Shown piece after piece: positions 13,270 to 27,438 of a stretch of DNA of 64,000 nt. Source of the DNA: Eledone cirrhosa (lineage: Eukaryota); the NCBI GenBank assembly GCA_964016885.1, contig OZ024741.1, positions 200,694,001 through 200,758,000 on the forward strand, written 5' to 3'. Below the pieces are notes generated by a model. That model made no database searches. It was not told where the DNA came from and saw nothing but the letters and a program-made list of their open reading frames with translations. The first letter of the stretch is position 1. The number at the start of each line of letters is the position of its first letter. A program made the position numbers and the translations under genes.

Positions 13270-14700
13270 CGAAATCCTCTAACAATGACCCATTCGATGT
13301 GCTGATGATGGGATCATTTGACAGTGCTGATATATGCGATTTGGTGGGCATTTTTATCTTAGATACACAACGGAAGAAATTCCCTGATTTCCATACGGGT
13401 CTATATCGTGATGATGGTCTGGAACTATCGGGCCATAAAAATGGCCATGACCTTGAAACATTTAGAAAAAAACGTGATTACTGCCTTCAGTAGCCGAGAC
13501 CTTAAAAAAATTACAATACCTACAAACTTCACCAGAGTAAACTTCCTGGGCGTTAATTTAGATCTACGTACACGCACATACAGACCATTCAACAAACCCA
13601 GTTAGACTCTAGCCACACACTATAGTTTTAAAACATCTTATAAATAACATCAGTAAGAGAGTATCCAACCTCTCTTCTAACAAAGCCATCATTGATAGGG
13701 CAGCACCCTACTACAACTAAGCACTGAACAACCGCGACTTCTCCGAAAGAATCAGTTACTCTCCAGATCACCACCCTACACCAAGCAAGAAAAAAACTAG
13801 GCATAAAGACGTCGTATGGTTCGCACCACCATTCGCACTTAATGTGAAGACCAATATAGGTAGAATATTCTTAGCCCTCCTAGATCTTCACTTCCCAGTA
13901 GGTCATAAATACCGACAGCTATTCAATCGTCATTCTGTGAAAATAGGCTACTCTTGAACGAATAACATTAAAGCCCACATCAATAGCAAACGCATACGGA
14001 TACTCATGCAGAAGGCCAGAGGCATGCCCACTAGATCAACAGTGCAACACTCCAGCGGTGATATATCAAACAGAAGTGACCTCCATCAACCAGAACCACC
14101 AAACTGAAGTCTGGACTTATGTTGGAATGTTCGAGAGCCGATTCAAAGGCCGGTACCTGAACCACGAAACACACTTCAGGCTTCCCGACAAAAATACATG
14201 CCATCCAGGCCGCGAACCATGCGCGAAACCTCAAAAATAACGACACACAATTGGAGTATATTAGGAAAATCAACCCCTATGCAAATGGGACGAAATTTTG
14301 CCGGCTATGTAACTCGGAAAAGTGGAATATACTCTCGCAACTACCTTCAGAGAAACATTGGTTAAATACCCACCTCGACCGGTTTAGTTGCTCTCCACAC
14401 GAAGCGAAATCCATATTGAGAAAATGGTATAGATCAGACTTACTGATTTTAATTTTAGGGAATCAATTTCTTTTAATAACTAACTTTGCACAAGTCACTT
14501 CCCCATTTGTAGTCTCTTTTGATAGTTACCTCCCTTTACATTATCTAAAAGACGTGTTTATTATTAGTTAAATTCGAAATTATCTGCCCTTGAAGAACTC
14601 ACGTGTATTTTGTAAATTCTTAAATCAATCTGTGCAAAGCCTTTCCTCACTTAAAAAAGCTTTAAGCACAGGCATTGCTTGATATGTGACATTTTTTTCG
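13270..14700 (+). mobile_element. 5'-truncated decayed PLE (RT C-half + GIY-YIG)
   Basis: MMGSFDSADICDLVG, GLYRDDGL, VNFLGVNLDL..YRPFNKP, VIYQ..YVG..FKGRYLNH, CRLCNSEK. A related 3' end lies inverted at about 19365-19420. Confidence 0.85.
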
Positions 14701-14705
14701 ATGAA

Positions 14706-14774
<69 letters not shown>

Positions 14775-15645
14775 TAACAGATTAAAGTTTAAGCAAAGAA
14801 TCGCTGCTTTCACCCTTAACGGGATCTTCTGAAACTAAAAAAGTCAATCTGTGAACGCAGAAGTAAGTATTTCAGAAAACGTTGCAACCGAATGAAGACA
14901 GGAAGACGATACTTTGGTTCGTGGAAACGTTCCCTGGCAAAGAACGGGAAAAAAACGAAGATAATACGTCATTATTTGGTGCGGTGAAACACTATTACAC
15001 GCAAAGACAAAACCACATTTATGGTATAAATGAAGTCGTAGACTAATATTCTGTTAGGTGGTCATGGAGACGTTCCCTGGCATTGGACGGAAATAATACG
15101 TCATTATGTGGAGCGGTGAGAACAATTACACGCAAAGACAAAATCACGTAAATGGTAGAACAGAAGTTGTAGACTAAAATTCTATTTAGGAAACCGAAAG
15201 ATTCTCGGCTACAGAGTTAAGAATAAAGTAAATAAAATACAGAGGTAATTGAAATTAAATATATGCATACACGCATCCATAAACGTACATACAAAAGTAT
15301 ACGCGAAAACACTCGTCATGGTTATGCAAATACAAGCACGTACACAAAAAACATGCACGCACATACAGAACCCACGCAACACCAGTACCCGCACACATAC
15401 GAATTTATACACCAAATACACATAAAAATATATATAAAATATATATATATGTGTGTGTGTGCACATATAATTAAATAAACGTCTATAAATATATATCTGT
15501 TATTTTAATAAATATTTGCTCTACAGCTCTTATATATTTGATATATATTTATCCTTATCGAGCCATCTTTGGATTTTTGTCTTCAAATTTATTATTATTA
15601 CTATTTGGCTCCCTCGGTTGAGCAATCTATTGACTTATATTCATC

Positions 15646-17710
15646 ATGCAGAAACAACATCTGAATATTTCTACAAAGAACATACCCGTACCTAGCAGGA
15701 AAACAAACCTAAAATTATTGAAACAGAACACAGAGGCGTTCATTAAAAGGTTGCGTTGGCGTGCCTTTTATTTCGATAATCAGGGAAAACCAGACAACAA
15801 ACAGGATAAATTTGGGTTTAAAACTTATAATAACCCTCCGAGTAACCCAGCATTGCTACCCTTCGAAAAGGATGTCTTGGAACTCATACGGAGTATCAAA
15901 TTTCGGAATAGGAGCAATTCCTTCCAGCAGGACCTGAAGAATAGGATTCGTTCTATTAAGGATTCTAATGCCGTGCACGTCCACTCCGACAAAACTGGCA
16001 ATCTATATCAAGTGGAACGCAGTACTTATCATCAACTGCTACATAATGCTGTAATTAAGGATTACCGTAAAACTAATCGGAGCGTCATTAATGAAATCAA
16101 TGATGCTGGGTTTAAAATCACCTCTGATTTCAACATCCTGGACCGGTCTGAACCTCTGGACCGTATTTCTCCCCACTTTACCCTGCAGGATCACAAATCC
16201 AATTTCCCGAACAACCCCTCTATTCGGCTTATTAACCCTACGAAGTCCGATTTAGGTAGACTTAGTAAAAGGATTTTAGATAGAATTATACCTGAAATTA
16301 GAAGTTTGGCCCCTCTTGCACCGTGGAACAATTCTTTCGCGGTGATTGATTGCTTCAACGACATATGCAACAAGGAACATTGCCGTTTTATCCAATTCGA
16401 CATCAATAATTACTACTCCTCCATCACTTTACCTCTTCTTCTTAGAGCTATCGATTTCGCTAAAACACTCACAGTGGTTAAGGATTTCGAAGTTGATGTC
16501 ATCCTCAATGCCCGTAAGTCGGTGATTAATTTCGACGACTTTATTTGGATTAAACAATCTAATTCGACGTGAGTATGGGCGCCAACGATTCTGCGGAGGT
16601 TACTGATCTTATCGGCCTTTTCCTTCTTTTCTCTATCAAGGAAGAATTCCCCAACGTGGGCGGTGGTTTGTACCGTGATGACGTTCTTTTGACCATGACT
16701 AAGTGTGGCCCACGTGCTTGCGACAGGTTCAGAAAAGAACTCGCCGACTTTTTTTTAAATCTTCAACCTCTCCATACAGGTTGAGGCCAACCTCTCGGTC
16801 GTTAATTACCTCGACGTTACCCTCAATTTGTCGAATGGCTTTCACTACCCGTATAGAAAGCCGAATGATACGCTTAATTACATAAGTAAGCATTCTAACC
16901 ATCCTGCTAGCATAACCAAGAACCTGGCAAGAAACGTTTCTTTGAGGCTTTCCCATCTATCTACAAACGAGCATATTTTCAACGACCATTCCACATATTA
17001 CAATGAAGCTCTTGCTCGGAGTGGATTTGTCGATAAGGTAGCATATACAGAGTACGAGATTAGACATAGGAAAAATAGATCCCGACACATTATATGGTAT
17101 AACCCACCGTATAATATGGAGGTGGCTACACCATTAGCTAAGATATTTCTCTCCCTTATTATGAAGCATTTCCCCCAGCACATAAATATAGTAAAATATT
17201 TAATAGAAAGATTAAGATGTCTTACTCTACGACTCCTAACCTTGCACATAACACCACAGCTTCAAATTTAGCTAAATTACCTAGCCGTAGGAACACGTGC
17301 AACCCTGTAGTTAGTACTAACTGTAATTGTAGGAATAGGGTTGACTGCCCCCTACCCGGGAAATGCCTCTCTAGTAACATTGTCTACAAATGTAAGGTTG
17401 AAACACCCACGTCCGTAGGGCCTACATAGGGGTAACCGCTAATAGATTCAAGCAGCGTCTTTACATGCATACCCATTCTTTTCTTAACCCTTTAAGAAGG
17501 AATATGACGTCACTTTCAGCTTATATCTGGAGTCTAAAAGACAACCACACCCAATATAAGTTACGCTGGGAGATCCTAGTTAAGGCCCTGGAAATACTCT
17601 ACGCCAAAGACCACATCTTAAACAAAAAATCTGACGCAATTTCGGCTTGTAAACATAAATTGCACAAAACTTTCCTGTATTACAGCCCCACATTATACCC
17701 TAACGGATAG
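15646..17710 (+). pseudogene. Frameshifted PLE ORF: reverse transcriptase + GIY-YIG endonuclease
   Basis: FIKRLRWRA, SDKTGNLY, QFDINNYYSSI, SMGANDSAE, GLYRDD, IIWYNPPY, CNCRNRVDCPLPGKCLSSNIVY, HSF..TSLSAYIWSLK, spread over about 5 ORF pieces. Confidence 0.9.
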
Positions 17711-18670
17711 TACGAACTATATGCGGATATTTTACGTCTTGATGTGTTGCTAAGTATATGTTATGTTTATACCATTACTTATTTGTATAGGTAAGTATGT
17801 ATTACCTGTATGTTTAGTGAAAGTATGTATACTTTCTCGTACGTATATTTGCTTGTATATGTTATGGCGTATATTTTATATATACTGGTACATGTGCATT
17901 TGGTTCTGTGAATACGTGAGTTTGTCGTCTGTGTGAGTATGCGGGTTCGTACGTATTTAGGGTGTGTGTATATGTGTACTTTGTGTTTTGTTTGACGTAT
18001 GCCTGCGAACATATGTATGTTTACATGTAGGTATGTATGCGCTTGTTATATACGTATTTATGTGTGTATATTTATAGATGTTTATATAATTATATGTACA
18101 CACACACACATATATATATATATTTTTAATATATATTTTTATGTGTATTTTGTGTATAAATTCGTATGTGTGCGGGTACTGGTGTTGCGTGGGTTCTGTA
18201 TGTGCGTGTTCTTTGTGTACGTGCTTGTATTTGCATACCCATGTCGAGTGTTTTCGCGTATGCTTGTGTATGTACGTTTATGGATGCGTGTATGTATATA
18301 TTTAATTTCAATTACCTCTGTATTTTATTTACTTTATTCTTAACTCTGTAGCCGATAATCTTTCGGTTTCCTAAATAGAATTTTAGTCTACGACTTCTGC
18401 CCTACCATTTACGTGGTTTTGTCATTGCCAGAGAACGGCTCCATGAACCACCTAATAAAATATTAGTCTACGACTTCATTTATACCATAAACGTGGTTTC
18501 GTCTTTGCGTGTAATAGTTTTTCACCGCTCCAAATAATGACGTATTATCTTCGTTTTTTTCCGTTCTTTGCCAGGGAACGTTTCCAAGAACCAATGTATC
18601 GTCTTCCTGTCTTCATTCGGTTGCAACGTTTTTTGAAATATTTACTCTGCGTTCACATATTGACATTTTT

Positions 18671-18721
18671 AGTTTCAGAAGATCCCGTTAAAGGTGAAAG
18701 CAGCTATTCTTTGCTTAAACT
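18671..18721 (+). ncRNA. Variant hammerhead ribozyme (CAGAAGA core)
   Basis: agttt-CAGAAGA-tcccgttaaaggt-GAAA-gcag..ttgc-TT-aaact. Further copies on the minus strand at about 14787-14837 and 62330-62380. Confidence 0.65.
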
Positions 18722-18828
18722 TTAATCTGTTATTTTAATAAATATTTGCTCTACGTTTCTTATATATTTGATATATATTTATCCTTATCGGGCCCTCTTT
18801 GGATTTTAGTCTTCAAATTTTTTATTAT

Positions 18829-18874
<46 letters not shown>

Positions 18875-18886
<12 letters not shown>

Positions 18887-19237
18887 AGTACAGCATAGAC
18901 GAAGCTCTAGTATACGGCCAAGCTAGCGTGTATGCTTATTCGGTTTGTAGCTTTAGCACTCAGATGAGGTAAGACCCCAGAGTATAACATTATGTTCAGA
19001 CAGTTTAGCAAATTAGATATAGCAGTCGGCAGTCCGACCGCATTACCAGAGCAACGAAAATACAGGACCCAGGAAAAGATTTTTTACTGACCCGGACATA
19101 ACGCTGAGGCTGAGTGTAAAATATATAATCCACATGGTGTTTCCACAATATAGATCGCAATATCGCACGCAACGACAGCGCTAAGTTTCTGCAAATCCAT
19201 GATCGACAAAATCCTATATAAATTTTAGTACAGCATA
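18875..19237. repeat. About 340-bp unit bounded by a 23-bp direct repeat
   Basis: tatataaattttagtacagcata occurs at about 18875 and 19215. Confidence 0.55.
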
Positions 19238-19603
19238 TATATATATGATGGCTGCAACTCGATTTCGAGTAATGCTATCGCTTGATACTTAAGCATGAGC
19301 ATAATGGACGCAGCTTTCTATTCTTGCTAGGGACTTACCTACGGCCAGCAATATCATGCATCGCAAAAATATCACATATCAAGCTTAAACCTTTTTTAAG
19401 TAAGGAAAGGCTTTGCATGTGACCAATCCCACTCTCTGAACATCGAATGCATTTGCTCCAAAAGGAGAACTGGTCTACATCATTGGATGTAAACGAAGTC
19501 ACAGGTTTCTCCTAGAGAGATGTCTTAATGAAGACTAGGAGTCTCTCATCCCCTCCCCTGAGTTCCCCAGCCTTATATAGGTAAGAAAAGTATATACTTT
19601 CAG

Positions 19604-19936
19604 ACGTTCAACCATCTGGCAGGAAGGTATACGATGCTGACGATAGCTAATAAGCTTGAAACTAGTACATCGTTCCTGTGTCAGTGTTGAACAAAAAGGT
19701 GACGTAGTTGCCTAAACACTGTACGGCGTAATTCGGGCTGTTTGTTTGTTTACAAACGAACAAACCGAGCATTATAATAAATGTTCGGTAAACCGATACG
19801 TGCATATATATATGTGTGCATGTATGTATATATACACATACTACTGTACGTCTGTATACATATATGTATGTACGTATACATACATACTTACATTTAAGTG
19901 GCCAATATGAGTGAGAAATGAAATTTCGTTTCATTC
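19604..19936 (+). mobile_element. Short HHR-bearing non-coding element (PLE-end or retrozyme-like)
   Basis: Homologous to 24532-24935; contains the HHR at 19631-19673. Confidence 0.7.
19631..19673 (+). ncRNA. Canonical minimal type I hammerhead ribozyme
   Basis: acgatg-CTGACGA-tagctaataagctt-GAAA-CTAG-TA-catcgt: 6-bp stem I, stem II agct/agct, palindromic stem III, GUA cleavage triplet. Confidence 0.88.
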
Positions 19937-19948
19937 TATTCCATTCGC

Positions 19949-20036
<88 letters not shown>

Positions 20037-21013
20037 GTTTAGACGAGTTGAAAATACAACTATTGGACATCGGCGGTAAATAATTGTTATTTGTGTTGTT
20101 TACCGGATTCTGAAGAAATCTGTACAAAAGAATAACGGAAATTATTTCTGTATTGATATAAACGTTCGTAAATCAATTAAATAAAATAATATAAATTATT
20201 CCTGGTTATTGTATTCATATATATATATATCACATATATACATATATATATTTATATATATGTATGTATATATATATTAATATTCACTCGCGCTCACAGA
20301 TACACATATGCATATATACATAGATAAGTGTGTCTGTGCTAGTGTGTGTGTGCGTGCATGTGCGCACGTATGTGTGACTGTGTGTCTGTGTGTGTGTGTG
20401 TATAAAGCAATAAGTCAAGGGGTATCCGGTTGAGTGCGTGAGAAGACGTGTTGTTGGGTGGTAGCCAACCATGCAGAGCATTGAGTGGCTTCTGTTTGTC
20501 CAATTCTGTCTAATGCTACCTAATTGATTGTCGTCTTTCAGTGCTAGCGGCGACAAAAAACGAGACAGTAGCTTTGTCAATGGCGGCAGCACTTACAATA
20601 GAAGGACTTTCGCCTCACCGGAAATAAACTGTCAAACTACTATAATACTTCCGTTCTTTTTCGGTTTATACAAACATTTGGCAATTGTTTTCGGGAGCAA
20701 TCATTGTATATAGCAATGAATGGTATAATATTTTTATGGAGTTATTGTTGTTAGGAGAACCGGGTTAAGTGTTCGTTATTTTCCGTTTCTTCATTTCTAT
20801 ATCAATCACTCACTCATTCGTTCCCCCTTTATCACTTTAGCTCTATTTCGTCTTTGTATATAAATTGCCACTATTATACACTTAAATATATCTGTCAGTG
20901 TATATGTATAGGGACATATTTTTCATTTTCATTTTCCAATTACATATGTATACTTAATAACACACAAACACACACATACATACATGGATACACACACATA
21001 TATATAATATATA

Positions 21014-21173
<160 letters not shown>

Positions 21174-21417
21174 TAAGATATTTTTTATGAGAAATTCAAA
21201 CTTATTACATTAATACACGCAAAATATGACGGTGAAATGTAACAGAACCGCTGACGATAATCGAACCATGCAAATGTAGACCTGACAACAACACTAACCA
21301 TTACCCTCAGGTGACCTATTAACTTTGCAACGTAAATAGTACTGTTTTCAAATGTCTAACTGGATTAACAGCTATTGTTTTATCTCGAATTATATCGCAT
21401 GGTTATCGACGAATAAC

Positions 21418-21732
21418 TTTTATTACTGCAAACACTATGCATATTTCAGTGACATCGTCAGGTGTACAATTGCATAAAAGTTAAGAAGAAACAGAGAATG
21501 AAAAAAAAACAAGAATGAAAAAATAAATGTTTCTTTGTTTTTGACTCAGAGGTAATTGAATGCTCTGTTGAGAGAATCCACCCAAATGACACTTTTTTTT
21601 TTCATTCTCGATTTTTTCCTTTGCCGTTTCACTGTTTCTTCCTAACTATTATGGAATTATACACTTGGTGATGTCGCTAGTTTCATACGCAACCTTACCA
21701 CTGAAATGTGCATAGTGTTTGCAGTAATAAAA
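21418..21732. mobile_element. MITE/foldback-like element with long imperfect inverted repeats
   Basis: tttattactgcaaacactatgcatatttcagtg is inverted to cactgaaatgtgcatagtgtttgcagtaataaa; a second inner pair gacatc..gaagaaacag / ctgtttcttc..gatgtc. Confidence 0.6.
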
Positions 21733-21801
21733 ATTTAATGGAATACAACCTCTCCGGCCTCCTCATTTTACCCTATAATATATATATATATATACATATA
21801 T

Positions 21802-22334
21802 GGGTCCAAACGGGTTGCAAAGTCGGGGTGGTAGTGGGGATAAGCTCCCGCTTCCTACAAAATGCCCCATACGGCGCGCGTTTCAAATAGCCTCTGACAA
21901 CCTTCTCGTGGCTTAGTCTCTAAGCCCGGTAGTCCTGTTTTAAACCGACAGGACCAGTTGCTTCGGGCAGATGGGACTCGTCAACCTCATCTAGGGGAAG
22001 GAGAACTCTGATTTTAAAACCACTGCTGCCTTGTGGTATACCCAGTCTTGGGAAAGGCTAAGGGAGTAAACCCCGACAGAAAATAAGGAGCCGGAGTCCC
22101 GAAGGCGGTCTGTCATCCTAACGTCATTCCGTCAACCCCTGCAACGCCGCTGATGCCAAGCTGTATCGACATCCGACATTCCCTTGGGGGTCATCAGCCG
22201 CGAGGAGAAGAGGGGGTCTGCTGCCTGGACAACAGCTTGCCCTCTTGAACGTATCTGTCCAGGCCATGTAGCTCCACTGGAGAGGAGACTCCAGCGTCAC
22301 CGCAAGGTGCACCAGGGACTGCTACTCATGGGTT

Positions 22335-22338
<4 letters not shown>
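21802..22338 (+). mobile_element. Probable orphan 5' region of an RTE-type LINE
   Basis: GC-rich island between TA runs; ctaggggaaggagaactctgattttaaaacc resembles RTE 5' UTRs (recognised from memory). Confidence 0.45.
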
Positions 22339-22373
<35 letters not shown>

Positions 22374-22813
22374 TTTCTGAATTTGTTTAGCAAGATTCTT
22401 TATCTGAAATCGTGTGTTGAAACCGATATTGTTATACTTTGGGAGGGTCATGTTGCCAATAAGAAACACACGCACCAGTTGCTTTCACTTCAATTTAATT
22501 TATTATATATTTATAAATTTACAAATTTATAAATTTCTGGTTGGTTGGTTGGTTCCACAACCAGATAGTTGTTTATATATATATAGTCATAGTTCTTTCG
22601 TCACACACTCTGTGACCTCTTCAGTGACTGGGGATTTCTTTCTTCGTTTCTGTGCCTTTCCTTTCTTCTATCCTACGCCATTTTGTTTGTGTGTGGGTTG
22701 CGTGCTCAGTTTGCGCATGCGCCACATCCGGGTGTCTGTGTGTGTTTGTGTTCATTTTTCTATTTTTCTATTTATATTTGTTTGTTTATTTATTTATTTT
22801 TTGTTGGTTGGTT

Positions 22814-23289
22814 GAAACATAATCTCAATATTAAGATAGTAGAAAGACCTGGTACCTCCGTAAAAACACTTATTAGCAAGACATACCCGTTCCAAAGACC
22901 CTCATGTATAGATAAGAAATGTATAACCTGTAAAATAAGCCCCCCATATTAACTGTAAAACTAGAAATGTAGTATATAGCATAAGATGTACTGAAGGACA
23001 ATGTAGAAACAAAAATATAGTGTACATAGGTGAGACAGCTCGTAGTATAGGGGAACGAATAAATGAACACTGGCGAGACCTCCAAGATAGTAAAGAATCA
23101 TCTGTGCTCTACCAACATGCTAAGATAGAACACAGGGGTAACTTAGAGAGCATAGAAATAAAAATAGAATCCACACACAAGAAAGACGCAATGTTTAGGC
23201 AAATTACAGAGGCAGTAAGCATAAAAGAATTAAAACCAAAATTAAATAGAAAATATGAGTGGAACAGCAACATCACAACTTACAATTAA
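22814..23289 (+). pseudogene. PLE Cys-linker + GIY-YIG endonuclease fragment
   Basis: KIVERPG..CIDKKCITC, then VYIGETARSIGERINEH..VLYQHAKIEH..RQITEAVSI..LNRKYE. Confidence 0.9.
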
Positions 23290-23586
23290 GGACAAAATGA
23301 AAACACACACACACATAGAACAAACAACTTACAATTGAAAACACACACAAAATGAAAACACACACAAGACAAAATGAAAACACACACACACATAGAACAA
23401 ACAACCAACCAACAAAAAATAAATAAATAAACAAACAAATATAAATAGAAAAATAGAAAAATGAACACAAACACACACAGACACCCGGATGTGGCGCATG
23501 CGCAAACTGAGCACGCAACCCACACACAAACAAAATGGCGTAGGATAGAAGAAAGGAAAGGCACAGAAACGAAGAAAGAAATCCCC

Positions 23587-23631
23587 AGTCACTGAAGAGG
23601 TCACAGAGTGTGTGACGAAAGAACTATGACT
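23587..23631 (+). ncRNA. Minimal hammerhead ribozyme in the PLE 3' repeat (mirror copy 22585-22629 on minus)
   Basis: agtca-CTGAAGA-g-gtcaca-gagtg-tgtgac-GAAA-gaac-TA-tgact. Confidence 0.82.
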
Positions 23632-23766
23632 ATATATATATAAACAACTATCTGGTTGTGGAACCAACCAACCAACCAGAAATTTATAAATATATAATAA
23701 ATTAAATTGAAGTGAAAGCAGCTGGTGCGTGTGTTTCTTATTGGCAACATGACCCTCCCAAAGTAT

Positions 23767-24196
<430 letters not shown>

Positions 24197-24443
24197 ATAT
24201 ATATATATGTATATGAAATAACAACACAATCAGTAATCTTTGATTACAACATTCTATGTAAAGATGCTAGAACCCTCGTTTTCCCTTGACCTTCTCTCTC
24301 ATGCCACTCCAGCCATTGTCGTATCTCTTTTTACATTAATCTAAATCAATCGAAACAATTTTCTTCCATATTTTCCTTAATCAATATCAAACGTATATAA
24401 AGTTACGATGACTTTGTTCTATCTATCTATTTATCTGTGTGTC

Positions 24444-24531
<88 letters not shown>

Positions 24532-24535
<4 letters not shown>

Positions 24536-24935
24536 AGTATGCATGTATACGTACATACATATATGTATACAGACGTACAGTAGCATGCACATATATATAT
24601 ATATATACATATATACATACATATGCATACAGGTACACATACATATATGCACGTATCAGTTTAGCGGCGCTAACGTCGCTTTGTTCGTTTGTAAACAAAC
24701 TGAACAGCCTGAATTTATGCCATACGGTGTTAAGGCAACCACGTCACCTTTTTGTTCAACACTGACACAGGAACGATGTACTAGTTTCAAGCTTGTTAGC
24801 TATCATCAGCACCGTTTACCCATCTGCCAGATAGTTGAACGTATACATATATGTATGTACGTATACATGCATACTTACATTTAAGTAAGTGCCATACTAA
24901 GAGTGAGAAATGAAATTTCGTTTTCATTTTGTTTC
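24532..24935. mobile_element. Inverted copy of the 19604 element, with HHR at 24773-24815 on minus
   Basis: Minus arm 24532-24842 lacks the tail; the plus piece 24843-24935 carries it. HHR reads acggtg-CTGATGA-tagctaacaagctt-GAAA-CTAG-TA-catcgt. Confidence 0.8.
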
Positions 24936-24936
24936 A

Positions 24937-24977
<41 letters not shown>

Positions 24978-25001
24978 TATATATACACACACACACACAC
25001 G

Positions 25002-25043
<42 letters not shown>

Positions 25044-25080
25044 TATATATACACACACACACACACGCACACACACACAC

Positions 25081-25119
<39 letters not shown>

Positions 25120-25200
25120 ATTAAAAGAGAGAGAGAGGGAGAGAGGGAGAGAGAGGGAGAGAGGGTGGGAGAGAGAGAGAGACAGAGAGAGAGAGAGGGT

Positions 25201-25258
<58 letters not shown>

Positions 25259-25439
25259 CTGTATGTCCCAATAAATATTAGTCAGAAACCGTGGGTGAGA
25301 ATACGGAAGACACAAACACAAGGACGATTCCCTGGTCATTGGCTGTCTTCTGTGAGCCACTAAAGTCTCAAATGTATTAAAGACAGGATATGTGTGTGTC
25401 TGTCCGTCTATTGTATTGTTGTTCTTGTCAGATGATAGA

Positions 25440-25746
25440 TAATTTTCTTTTTATTTGCCACGAGGGCATCAAAAAGTGGGACAAGTACAATGGGGGTAGT
25501 TTACATAACAAGGCGTCCTCAATAAGGAGGAGGCAATAACAAAATATAAAAATAAAATAAAATATAACAAGATAAAATTTATAACAAAATCCTCAATAGA
25601 GAGGAGGCGCCTTGGGGGGTCGCACACATTCCCGAAAAAAGTGTGCAACCCTTCTCCTCAGGAGCACGGAGAGGGGGTGCTCCCTTGGTCTTTCATCTTC
25701 CTCACCTATAGTCTGATGTAGAGTGAAGGCCCATTCACACGGGCCA
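25440..25746 (-). mobile_element. 3' end fragment of a Tx1-like LINE
   Basis: Minus strand ggcccgtgtgaatgggcc...ccctcgtggcaaataaaaagaaa matches the 3' ends at 53820-54170 and 59790-60110. Confidence 0.7.
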
Positions 25747-26283
25747 GATAGATAGACGGATAATTAGATAGAGAGATATATAGAGAGATACAGTTAGGTA
25801 AATAGTTAATTAGTTAGATAGATTGGTAGGTAGCTATAGACAGTTGTTGTTCCCACTGCTACCCATCTTGCCAACGTTGTGTTTGGGAATGAAAGGTAGA
25901 GAGGAAGACATCAACTTACCATTTCCCAAACGAAATTAGCACAAAATGGTCGTTACTCGACACTAGTGTTTTATTATATAGTAGACCACCCTTGACCCGG
26001 TGGGTCACGTTCACTGCAAAAGGTTTTTTTTTAAAATAATGTTCACTTAGAAATAATTTTTAAATAATTAAAATATACACAGACATGTATATAATGAAAC
26101 TGGAAGGCCCATATATATACGTGTGTGTGTGTATATATATATATAAATGTGTGTGTGTGTGTATACATACATATATAGAGAGAATATGGTGACTGTGTGT
26201 GTATATATACATATATGTGGGTGTCTGTGATCTATATACACTGGGCATAGACACCCACACACATATATATACACACACACACT

Positions 26284-26333
<50 letters not shown>

Positions 26334-26451
26334 GGAACACCCACCACCAGCTCTCTCACTTCCATTCTCCTTCTCTGTCTCCTCTCCCTCTCTTTCAATC
26401 TACTCTCTCACAACAACTATCTCTTTGTCTCTATCATTCTCTCTTTCTCTC

Positions 26452-26707
26452 TCTATATATATATATTTATTAAGGTACCCGAAAAAAACCCGTATCTCGG
26501 GAACCCGTGCTTCGATTTACGCGAAACTTGCTTTATTCCATTTTTATTCCCATTTCAGGGGCAACTTCCTTTCAAAGTATTTTCCCATTATGCGCCGTTT
26601 TGGTTGTATTACATTACAGACAAACAAGCAAGCAATCACAGAGGTAAATCAAACAGGTAAATAACCCATTCATCGGTTAGTTTAGTAACCGGGTGTGCTT
26701 GTTTAGT
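26452..26707 (+). mobile_element. Possible non-autonomous Helitron-like element
   Basis: Starts tctatatat; subterminal hairpin cggttag-tttag-taaccg followed by ttagt. Confidence 0.3.
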
Positions 26708-26876
26708 TGTCATATTTGATTGTCAAAGTTCTCTCTGTAACAATTTCAATAACTTTTCTTACTCCTCTGTTTCTCCCCTTTGCCCTGATTTATTTATATC
26801 TATTCCAATTTGTCTTTCTGTTGTGTGTATGTGGTATGCGCATGGGTGTGTGTGTGTATGTGGTATGCGCATGGGT

Positions 26877-26936
<60 letters not shown>

Positions 26937-27438
26937 CTTTATATACTGTTCTTCCCCATGTTTTTCTGTGTTTACTTTTATTAATATGCATATATTGTGT
27001 ATTTGTATTTGAGTATGATCAGGTAAATTCCACACCAGATTTTCCGTATTTTCACTTACCTATGTGCATGTATATATGTTTGAACTCGCCCACATCTATA
27101 CACTTGTTTCCCTGTTTGTGTCCATTCTTTTTCTCTCTCTTTCACTCGTCATGTACGATTGAGAATGGGATTTTGCAGTCAGCTCATGTAGACAGATATT
27201 GTACAGGAACATATGTTAAGGAATGAACTCTCAATAAATTTCTCCTTTTGACCAATTCTTCCTGGCTAGATATTCCTGCTTTTCCTGGTTCCATACTTAT
27301 CTGTTTCGATGGCCAGATAGGAAATTAATTAAACGGATTCATTTCAGTCAGATTATACGTTGTTCGACAGGTGGAGGGGCTTACGATGTTGTAGTTAAAA
27401 TACAATCCAAACCAAAATCAAAATATAAATCATTGAAA

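Larger units (their letters stand above)
14768..18833 (+). mobile_element. Near full-length Penelope-like element with inverted 5' copy and pseudo-LTRs, inserted in (TA)n
   Basis: 14768-15494 is the inverse of about 18064-18740; 15495-15603 is a direct repeat of 18725-18833; the ORF lies between them; (TA)n on both sides. Confidence 0.92.

Noticed and set aside
15646-17710. Possible UGA/selenocysteine or programmed recoding of the PLE ORF
   Set aside because: The breaks are frameshifts at several unrelated sites, consistent with decay, and the endonuclease is C-terminal rather than Naiad-type.
20400-20720. CpG-richer patch with a minus-strand GTAAGT and ETS-like CCGGAA
   Set aside because: Could be a first exon or promoter, but the motifs are too short to support a call.
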